Shown: positions 53,178 to 64,000 of the stretch, piece by piece
Numbering within the stretch: position 1 is the first letter of the stretch
How the letters are laid out: every line of letters starts with the position of its first letter
Assembly (NCBI GenBank): GCA_964016885.1
Contig: OZ024752.1
Location: forward strand, 7,378,001-7,442,000
DNA from: Eledone cirrhosa
Taxonomy: Eukaryota
Direction: 5' to 3'
DNA length: 64,000 nucleotides
Notes under the pieces: model-generated
What the model was told of the DNA's origin: nothing
What the model saw: only the letters and a program-made list of their open reading frames with translations
The model's database searches: none
Position numbers and translations under genes: made by a program

Positions 53178-53240
53178 GAGTGCTTTTATATCAGTTATAA
53201 ATATTTACTAGTTGTAACCCAACAATTTAAATATAACTTT

Positions 53241-53280
<40 letters not shown>

Positions 53281-53400
53281 TTGTGTGTGTATGTATATTT
53301 ATATATGTATTAGGATTGGTGCTCTGAAATAGCGGTGTATACATGAATGTATGTATAGTATATATGTGTGTATATATATATATATACTATACATACATTC

Positions 53401-53437
<37 letters not shown>

Positions 53438-53886
53438 TATATATATTCATATATATATACATATATATATATATATATTCTAAGAACATCATGCGGCGGG
53501 TGCTGCTGATGGTGGTTATGATGGGTAGGAGGGGGAGAAGGGGGAGATGGATGGTGGTAATGAAAAAAAAAAGATACTACTACTACTACTAATTATTATT
53601 AGTATAAATTATAATTTATAATTTTACCGTCAAGAAGCTGAGAGTTGCCGGCAACGAGGAAGAAGGGAAAATGTCTATTTAATTCAATCATTGTCGCTGC
53701 CTGTGTTTCAGGAAGTAATTTATGGTTTGTAGAAGATTTGGTTGCTATTTCTGACAGGTGAATTGACCCTGTAAAGGTCTCCTTGTTGACTCCTCGAACT
53801 CCCAATTAAAATTAAAATATTCTTGTTCGTCAACCTGTTTGATTCAAAACTACCCGAAACCCTCATAATTCTACATCTGTTTAAAC

Positions 53887-54214
53887 CAAAAGTCGCCACT
53901 CGTGGTCCCAGGGAAAATGTTGGTGGTCTGCAGAAAAATATGGAGACTATTTGTAGTTTTTATGTTTTATTAATAATAAATCAAAAATGATATTCGGTTA
54001 AAATATATTTTATAAACCCTCTAAAAAATGTTTCTCCTCAGTAAAGAACTAACATCCATGAAAGAATGTTACACATATATATCACCTATTGACAATGTGA
54101 CACAGGTACACTTCAGTATTGGTTCAACAATTGACCATTAATTCATATTAGTGGTCAGAGGGATTTAGAATTGTGGATAGTGGTTTGTGATGTCCGAAAG
54201 ATTGGCGACCGCTG
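53887..54214. mobile_element. hAT-type MITE
   Basis: Imperfect TIRs ..GTCGCCA / TGGCGACCGCTG with TSD GTTTAAAC/GTTTAAAG. Confidence 0.55.
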
Positions 54215-55679
54215 GTTTAAAGTGTATTTATCTAAAACCTATTATTCCAAACACCAACTTAATACTGAAGTACTTAGTTATATTACTAAATCCCTCTAAA
54301 TTTATGATATTTTCGAAATAATTTAAAAATCATAGACATTGTCTGTCATTGGAAATATGACAACGAAAGGGTTAAAGTGTTAATATTTATTTAAACACCT
54401 TCCATCATAATTTTATGTAAGGGCTTTTGTTACGTTTCAAATCCCAACTTAATAATGAGACGGTCAATTATATTACTAAAACCCTCCAAATTCTTGATTA
54501 TTTTGTAAGATTGACCATCATATGGGACTATATTTCATTAGAATTCTTTAAATTGTTCAATGTGAATTAAAGAAGCGGTATTTAGCTGTTATTTCTAGCA
54601 TGTGGTTATCCCTATATTATAATATATGCACACATGCATATCTGTGATGAGGTGGTAATTGATGCTGAGAGACCGGAATCTCATTGTGTCACCTGATTTG
54701 CTGCTACACACATCGCAGTTCTTACATATATTATGTATGGAATTAGCAATGGACGACCTGTGTGTTGGTGGCGGACAGTGTGTGTGTGTATGTGTTGGTA
54801 ATGGATAGTATGTGTGTGGGGAGCCTGGTATTGGATATGATGGTGGTGGACAGTGTGTGTGTGTGTGTTTGTAATGGATAGTATGTGTGTGGGGAGTCTG
54901 GTATTGGATATGTTGGTGGTGGACAGTGTGTGTGTGTGTGTGTTGGTGGCGGACAATGTGTGTGTGGGGAGTCTGGTATTGGATATGATGGTGGTGGACA
55001 GTGTGTGTGTTGGTAATGGATAGTATGTGTGTGGGGAGTCTGGTATTGGATATGATGGTGGTGGACAGTGTGTGTGTGGGGGAGTCTGGTATTGGATATG
55101 ATGGTGGTGTTGGTGGCAGATAATCGTTGTAGAGTAGGATTATGTTCTATTGGTGAGGATGATGGTATATATATGTGTTGTGTGTATATATATGTGTTGT
55201 GTGTATATATGTATGAGTTGTGTGTATATATGTATGTGTGTGTGTCTCTCTCTCTCTCTCTGTATATGTGTGTATGTATGTATGTATGTATATGTATGTG
55301 TATGTATGTGTGCCTGTGTATGTTAAACAGAAACAACAAAGCAAACAACACAGTACAATAAAGAAATATATTAGTTTAACACTTGATATATTAGGAGACA
55401 GTCTTGACGTTTCGGATAATAGTCCTTCATTTAGGAGATAGAATGAGAAATAAAAGATGAAATGTGAGAAGAGGAGAGATAGATCAGGGAAAATCTTTTT
55501 GAGAAAAAACAGCCATTTTGGAGAAGAGAAAAATATATAACATTTTATATTCCATGTTTGCATGGGTTAGACATGTTGGAAATGTTTTGAGTTAGAAGGG
55601 TCAGGTGACCAGACCTTGCTCTGACATTGGGGCTTAGTTTTCTGTGGTTGGAGGCCCTTCCTAACATCACAGTTTACAA

Positions 55680-55891
55680 CAGGCATGTCAAACTGAGGGT
55701 GCCCCCAAGGGCCCCATGGGTCACATATGTGTTGTCTGAGGGCCACACATGACAACTAATTGTGCACATTACAACTAATTTTTAAAATTTTATATTTCAA
55801 AGATAAAACATGCACGTGCTGTAAAAACCTTTGTGTAGGCCACAGGTGTGCCTGTAAAGGGCCACATGTGGTCCACATGTTTGACATACTG
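55680..55891. mobile_element. hAT-like MITE
   Basis: CAGGCATGTCAAAC / GTTTGACATACTG ends. Confidence 0.55.
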
Positions 55892-57067
55892 CCCTTTACA
55901 GTGTATTCTGGAAGCATTATGTGTGGTACCAGTCCTAGCTGCCGTAGTCAGAACAAAAACAACTTCATTGATAGGTGGATATTTGTAAAGACAAAATAAC
56001 TCTAGTGGGTAATATATAGGTTTAACAACCAATAATTGAAACCCACTGTCAGTGTTTCAGTGTTGGGGCAAAGACACTTTATTTGTCCTGCTCTAGTTTA
56101 TGTGGAGAATTTGAAGCTGAAAGGGTAGCAAAACATCTGAAAAATTTAACCTGATTAACATATTTTAAGTTTATATATTTTGCAGATGAACTGAATATTA
56201 ATAATATTATTATAAGAGAGATAAGTTGTAGTGTGTGGGAGAGAAGACTGTGATGGTATGGACATGTGATGCGCATGGAGGATGACCGCTGGGTAAAGAA
56301 GTGACAAGAAATGCCAGTAGAAGGAAGATGCAGTAGAGGAAGACCACGAAAAACATGGGCAGAGGTGGTGAGAGCAGACCTCAGATCACTGAAGCTCATG
56401 GAGGAGATGACGAAGGATCGTGATGAATGGAGAGATACTGTTCAGAATAGGACCCGTCCCACCCTTGCAAGCAGGGAAAAGCAGACGTAAAATGATGATG
56501 ATGGTGATGATATTATTATCCATTCAAAATACATTTAGCTATCTACCATGTTGGAGTGAAAACAAATTTTTTTATATATATATAATCGAATTCTGTTGAT
56601 CGATTGGTTATTGATTAGGAAAGACCCACTGATGAAGCCACATGCACCGATTGTGCATTATTGCATAATAAATGCAGACATTAGATGCTGTACGCGCTCT
56701 TGCTATATTAAGTGTTACCGAAACTCGAGTACGGGTACAAGTTTATGGTAGCCATTTACGTGTGTTGTATTGAGGCAAATAACTTTGTGTCTACTCTGGC
56801 ATTTATACATAACCTTACCTATTGAGTACGCTGAGATGTAACCAGTACTAGCAAGGAAACTATATACTAGTACCATTAACTTATTGGATTAGCAGTATTG
56901 GTAGAGGGTTGGACACCATGCTTTGACGCATAGAGTTACGGCCCTTGCCATTCTGAGTTCAAATCCCGCCGAGGTTAACTTTGCCTTTCATCCTTTTACA
57001 GGGTCGATAAAATAAAGTACCAGTAATGCACTGGATAATTGCTGGCCTTGTGCCAAAATTAAAAACA

Positions 57068-57375
<308 letters not shown>

Positions 57376-57429
57376 TATGTATTTCCTTAGAAAAAATATA
57401 TGTGTGTGTGTATATATAAATATATATAG

Positions 57430-60400
57430 ACACAAGTTCTGGGTAGGAAATGCTAATGGGGTCAGTGGAGTAGACATTTTACTTGCTAAGAAGTTGATAG
57501 AGAAAGTAATTGAGGTAATGAGAATAACGAGGGAATTATGAAGCTGGGAATAGTGACAAGTGAGAGAATCACACAGTTGTTGCCTTGTATATACCACAAA
57601 CAGGAATAGGTAGAGAACAGACTGTTTCTATGAAGACATCTTACAGATGACTTAACAGATAATAGAGACCTCATCTTACAGATGACTTCAATAACATGTA
57701 AAGACCTCATCTTACAGATGACTTCAACAACAGATAATAGAGACCTTATCTAACAGATAATAGAGACCTCATCTTACAGATGACTTCAATAACAGATGTA
57801 AAGACCTCATCTTACAGATGACTTCAACAACAGATAATAGAGACCTTATCTAACAGATAATAGAGACCTCATCTTACAGATGACTTCAATAACAGATGTA
57901 AAGACCTCATCTTACAGATGTCTTCAACAACAGATGTCTTCACTAACAGATGATAGAGACCTCATCTTACAGATGACTTCAATAACAGATGTAAAGACCT
58001 CATCTTACAGATGACTTCAACAACAGATAATAGAGACCTTATCTAACAGATAATAGAGACCTCATCTTACAGATGACTTCAATAACAGATGTAAAGACCT
58101 CATCTTACAGATGACTTCAACAACAGATAATAGAGACCTTATCTAACAGATAATAGAGACCTCATCTTACAGATGACTTCAATAACAGATGTAAAGACCT
58201 CATCTTACGGATGTCTTCAACAACAGATGTCTTCACTAACAGATGATAGAGACCTCATCTTACAGATGACTTCAATAACAGATGTAAAGACCTCATCTTA
58301 TGGATGTCTTCAACAACAGATGTCTTCACTAACAGATGATAGAGACCTCATCTTACAGATGACTTCAATAACAGATGTAAAGACCTCATCTTACAGATGA
58401 CTTCAACAACAGATAATAGAGACCTTATCTAACAGATAATAGAGACCTCATCTTACAGATGACTTCAATAACAGATGTAAAGACCTCATCTTACAGATGA
58501 CTTCAACAACAGATAATAGAGACCTTATCTAACAGATAATAGAGACCTCATCTTACAGATGACTTCAATAACAGATGTAAAGACCTCATCTTACAGATGT
58601 CTTCAACAACAGATGTCTTCACTAACAGATGATAGAGACCTCATCTTACAGATGACTTCAATAACAGATGGAAGTTTCTCTGGAACAACTTGCTTTGGGT
58701 TGCTGATGAGATCTGTGGATAGAGTAAGGTACCAGGTGAAGGGTGACTTGGTGGGGTAACTGTACTGTTGGTAGAACTTGGTGGGGTGACTGTAATGTTG
58801 GTAGAACTTGGTGGGGTGACTGTAATGTTGGTAGAACTTGGTGGGGTGTACTGTTGGTAGAACTTGGTGTGGTAACTGTACTGTTGGTAGAACTTGGTGG
58901 TGTAACTGTGTTGTTGGTAGAACTTGGTGGGGTAACTGTACTGATGGTAGAACTTGGTGGGGTAACTATGTTGTTGGTAGAACTTGGTGGGGTAACTGTA
59001 CTGTTGGTAGAACTTGGAGAGGTAATTGTACTGTTGGTAGAACTTGGTGGGGTAACTGTGTTGTTAGTAGAACTTGGTGGGGTAACTGTAATGTTGGTAG
59101 AACTTGGTGGGGTAACTGTGTTGTTGGTAGAACTTGGTGGGGGTAACTGTGTTGTTGGTAGAACTACTAAACAAGGTACCAGACGAAAGGTGACTTAGTG
59201 ATGTAACTTCTGTTAGTAGAACCACTAAAGCTAGGAGACAGACATGGAAAGACTTAAACATGGGGGCAGAAAAATGCAATACCAAGTAGCTAAAAGAGAA
59301 GCTACATGAAAGGTTTATGTAGCACGAGAGAAGCTACATGAGGGGTTTATGTAGCACGTAGAGAAACAGAAAGGATAAGGTTTACTAATGTGCTGCAACA
59401 TGAGGATGAATGGCATGAGGTGTTCTACATTGTGTCAGTATAAATCAGGATGTTGTTTGGAAAGACACAGGAACACTTAACCTCACTGACATTCAGAAGA
59501 GGCCTGGAAATGTTACTTTGAGAGGTTGATGAGTATGGAGAATTAGTGGAGAGAAAATGGAGAATATATACAAGAGGAAAAGGTGATGTTCTAGAAAGGA
59601 ACAAGTACAGAAACATTAAACTGATGGATGAAGTTATGAAGGTGAGGGAAAGAATGTTAGCACAACTGATTAGATGTGGTTTTGTGGAACATCATTGATA
59701 CCCTCTGCCTAATGAGACAAGCCAGAAGAGTTCCTTGTTAAGTGTAAGCCACTATATCTAACCTTTGTAGATCTGGCAAAGGCCTTTGATAGAGTCCCAC
59801 AATCTGTTATCTAGTGGTCCTTAAGGACACTGTAGTTGAGTGGTTGATGAAAGCAATGTAAGCCATATACAAAAGTACAAGTAGGTTTGAATTCCTCACT
59901 AAACAATGAGTTTAGTGAGGAATTCAATGTATAGGTGGGAGTTCATCAAGGTTCAGTCATCAGCCCCTCTCCGGTTTATTATTTCTCCAGTGTATAACAG
60001 AGGAGTTTAAGATGAGCTGTACATAAGAACTTCTGTATGATGATGGCCTGACCCTTATAGCTGAGTCTGTGGGAGAGCTTGCAAAGAAATTCCAGTTGTG
60101 GAAACAGAACTTAGAATCAAAGGAGCTCAGAGTAAACCTAGCTAAAAACAAAGTTTTAGTAAGTAGGATCTAGGATAAGACTATGATTTCATCAGAGGAG
60201 TGGCTGTGCTTGATATATAGAAAAGGTGTAAGTAGGACCTCAATATGATGTACTCAATGTAAAGAAGTGAAGTGGGATTGTAAGCACACCAACAGAAAAG
60301 ATAGACTTTGTATGTGACAGATACACAGGAATAGTGTGTTGTGGGAACAACAGTGAATTAAACCTGTTACAATCCTAGTAAGGTACAATAGTAGTAGTTG

Positions 60401-60980
60401 ATAGCTTCTGTTACTTTGGTGATCTAATTGATAGTGAAGATGATTACTCTAACAGTATAGTAGCTAGTATAAGAACAGGCTGGAAATAGTGTGACAACAA
60501 AGGGATTATCTCTACAAGCAAAATGTAGATTGTATTCTGGCTGTGTGAGAAGTGCAATGTTGCATGGCAGTGAGACATGTGCTGTAAATGTAGAGGATAT
60601 AAAGACAGTTGAGTGAAATGAAGAAAAACATGCTCCATTGGGTGTGCAGGAACAACAGGGTGTTACATGGACTCAGAGAAAACAATTGGGTATAAGAGGA
60701 ATCAGGTGTAATTATGCAAGGGAAAAGACTGCTCTGGTATGGACATGTTGGTACAAATGGATGATGAATGCTGGGTGAAGAAGTGTCAGATGATGCCAGA
60801 GGAAGGGAGCTGTAGTTGAGGGTGACCCCCCCCCCCCCCCAAAAAAAAAAAACACGTCAGTGGGAGTTAGAGTTGATCTCAAAACACTAAACCTCACAGT
60901 GGAGTTGGGGAAGGAACTCTATGAGAGGGAGGGGCCTGTTCTGGAAAGGACCTATCCAACCCATGCAAGCTTGGAAAAGA
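57430..60980 (+). mobile_element. decayed near-full-length RTE-clade LINE
   Basis: An AP-endonuclease remnant (GVSGVDILL), RT motifs FVDLAKAFDRVP, GVHQGSVISP, LLYDDG and LRVNLAK, and a 3' RLLWYGHV..CWVKKC. Many stops and frameshifts. Confidence 0.85.
57640..59165. repeat. two minisatellites expanded inside the LINE (higher-order array 57640-58670; 30-bp array 58745-59165)
   Basis: Units agacctcatcttacagatgacttcaa.. and gttggtagaacttggtggggtaactgtact. Confidence 0.9.
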
Positions 60981-61316
60981 TGTGTTTGTTTGTATATACG
61001 TATATATGTGTATGTATAAGTATATGTGTATATGTGTGTCTGTATCTAGTTTGTATATACGTATATATATATGTATGTGTGTGTATAAGTATATGTATGC
61101 GTGTATATGTATGCGTGTATATATATATATATGTTTGTCCGTGTCTGTTGATGTCCCATGACTTAGCAGTTCGACAAAAAGAGGTCGATGAAATATGTAC
61201 CTGATTGGATAAGAAAATAAGTGCTGGGATCGATATACGATTTAAGGTGGTGCTCCAGCATGGCCACAGTCCAATGAATGAAACCAGAAAAAGAATAAAA
61301 GAACATTATATATATA

Positions 61317-61348
<32 letters not shown>

Positions 61349-61350
61349 CC

Positions 61351-61645
61351 ACAGTGTAGTGTACGCCCGGCATTGGCGGTCCCGGTTATTCGCGGAATTT
61401 TCCTTAGAACCTAACTAATTATTCGGAGAAACCACTGCCTATTCGCGGAATCGTAAATATCTTCCGCGATTTTTTAATGGCTTTTTTCGTGGCAATATAT
61501 GTTATTTCACGCTTTTTAGCGCTAAATTATTAATATTATGTTTTGACGTTTATAGGCATTTTTATGAACCACGCCCAATATTCGCGGTTTCTTGTTCTTC
61601 GCGGATGCTCTAGGAACGTAACCCCTGCGAATACCGGGCGACAAT

Positions 61646-61648
<3 letters not shown>
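61351..61648. mobile_element. pogo-like MITE
   Basis: Imperfect TIRs CGCCCGGCATT(G)GCGG / CTGCGAATACCGGGCG between TA/TG tracts. Confidence 0.5.
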
Positions 61649-61697
<49 letters not shown>

Positions 61698-62204
61698 TTA
61701 AATTACTGTGACTTTGTTCTATTTATTTATTAACCTCACCCACATTAGCAGAAGGTATATTTTAACCCTACAGGTTTTAACATCTCCCCCATTAACAATA
61801 GTTATTAATTCTATTCTTCTCTCTAAAACATGAATTCCCTATAAAAGGTGTAATTCTTGTTGTAACCATAGGTACAAGATTCTTCGTTTTTCTAGATTTT
61901 ATATCTAACTACCTCACCTTGTTGAGCTAATTCAACTGCAAAACGTAATTTATCGAAAAAACATAACATTGGAGAATTTTTGTTTTTTTCTTTCGCAAAT
62001 AAATCTTTCATTTTTATCAATTAAAAAAAATATCTAATGGCAAATGTTTCACTGTTATTTCCCTTCAGTTTCATTTTACAGTCCTCAATTATTTTATATA
62101 CCTTATCCATTTATTAGTGTGCCAAAAGTCGAAACAATTATTACATGTACATATATTATCGTCTGCTAGGGAAATGACGAGGGATTTCGACACCGATAGG
62201 ACTT

Positions 62205-62845
62205 TAAACTCAATACTTGGCTGTCTTCACTAACACAACAGTCTCATTTTGTCTTTAGCTCAGTACTTAGCTGTCTTTTACTGGTTTAATACTTGGCTGT
62301 CTTCATTAAGATAACAGTCTCATTTCATCTTTTAGCTCAGTACTTGGCTGTCTTTTACTGGTTCTCTACTTGGCTGTCTTCACTAAGACAACAGTCTCGT
62401 TTCATCTTTAGCTCAGTGCTTAGCTGTCTTCACTAAGACAACAGTCTCATTTCATCTTTTAGCTCAGTACTTGGCTGTCTTTTACCAAGACAACAGTCTC
62501 ATTTCATCGTTAGCTCAGTGCTTAGCTGTCTTCACTAAGACAACAGTCTCATTTCATCTTTTAGCTCAATACTTAGCTGTCTTTTACTAAGACAACAGTC
62601 TCATTTCATCTTTTAGGTCAGTACTTAACTGTCTTTTACTAAGACAACAGTCTCATTTCATCTTTAGCTCAATACTTATCTGTCTTTTACTAAGACAACA
62701 GTCTCATTTCATCGTTAGCTCAGTACTTGGCTGTCTTTTACTAAGACAACAGTCTCATTTCATCGTTAGCTCAGTACCTGGCTGTCTTCACTAAGACAAC
62801 AGTCTCATTTCGTCTTTAGCTCAGTACTTAGCTGTCTTTTACTGG
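62205..62845. repeat. ~53-bp minisatellite, ~12 copies
   Basis: Unit tagctcagtacttggctgtcttttactaagacaacagtctcatttcatct. Confidence 0.92.
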
Positions 62846-63058
62846 CCCTGTTCTTGGGTGTCTCGCGTCATTTCAACTGGAAGACAGTCTCCATAATTTC
62901 TAACACTGGAATATAATGTTATTACAATATGGAAACGTTTGCAGAACAGATGTGTATACACATTTGTGTAGGGGCTTAATGTATATATATATACGTATGC
63001 GTGTTAATGTGTGTGTGTGTGTGCATGTTCATGTATGTGTATGTATATGTCTGTGTGC

Positions 63059-63111
<53 letters not shown>

Positions 63112-63844
63112 CATGTATGTGTGTATGTTTGTGTATGTGCATCTATGTGTGTGTGTTTGTATGTGCATGGTGTGTGCGTGTATATGTGTATGTCCATGTA
63201 TATGTGTATGTCCATGTATATGTGTATATGTCCATATATGATTCTGTGGAATCAATTTATGCTAAAATCGGAAGATTGTTGAGATTTTAATTTTCACCCC
63301 AAGTAAAATACGTTAAAATATGTTATTGCTGTTGTTTCAATTTGACAAAACATTTATGTGAAAAATGCGACAATTGCTTGGGATGTCATGTCATTTTAAC
63401 CATTTTGGTACCAACCCGACCGTGGTTCTTCTATCAAATAATTCCACCCCAATTTTAATATCTATACAAGAACTATGTGTAACATTAATAATTTTAGCAA
63501 CTCTACCCCATTTTCACCCAAATTTATTCATAAATTAATTCAAATATAAGAGTATTTCATGAGAACTATCAATGGTAGTGTTCTTAAGGGCCATTTTATC
63601 GTTGCTATTTGTCATTCCTGGAAATGGAAAGTCTTGTTATTTATCTGGTGTATTTAATGGCGTGTCGTGACGTCAGAGTATTTGTATGCAGCAAAAAGGA
63701 GTAAAAAGGAGGCAAGGAGATATTAACATTTATTTATTTGGAAAACTACTAAAGCCATCTTCTCCAGCTCCTGCTATGACTCAACCAACTTCTGCTATTG
63801 GTTGGAATAGCTTAGCATTTACATCTCATTTCCAACATACACAC

Positions 63845-63899
<55 letters not shown>

Positions 63900-64000
63900 C
63901 ATACATATAATATACATATATACACACATGCACATATATACACACATACATTTATACACACACACACACATATATATATATACATATATGCACATACATA

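Overview
This is eukaryotic, AT-rich, microsatellite-dense DNA. The SINE and LINE content suggests a cephalopod (octopus-like) genome, which is an inference. Almost all ORFs in the supplied track are repeat artefacts. Two real genes are supported. (1) A complete minus-strand nanos gene, assembled by hand from four coding exons (26363-26296, 23512-23476, 22315-22131, 17913-17658; 181 aa). It has an N-terminal NOT1-interacting-like motif and a perfectly spaced tandem CCHC finger. (2) Exon 1 of a plus-strand beta-tubulin (44947-45003), whose exon 2 was not found in the window. The two most striking observations are these. First, the nanos stop codon runs directly into a ~2.3-kb array of ~30-nt units, nearly all carrying a PUF/Pumilio-like UGUAAUA site. 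Second, the window holds many type I hammerhead ribozyme motifs (about five structurally complete, several degenerate) in Penelope-like pseudo-LTR and fold-back elements beside (TA)n tracts. The rest is tRNA-derived SINEs, RTE and CRE-like LINE relics, MITEs, a Helitron end, a Gypsy gag relic and minisatellites, many of which arose from TE segments. All calls were made by eye; no searches or folding programs were run.
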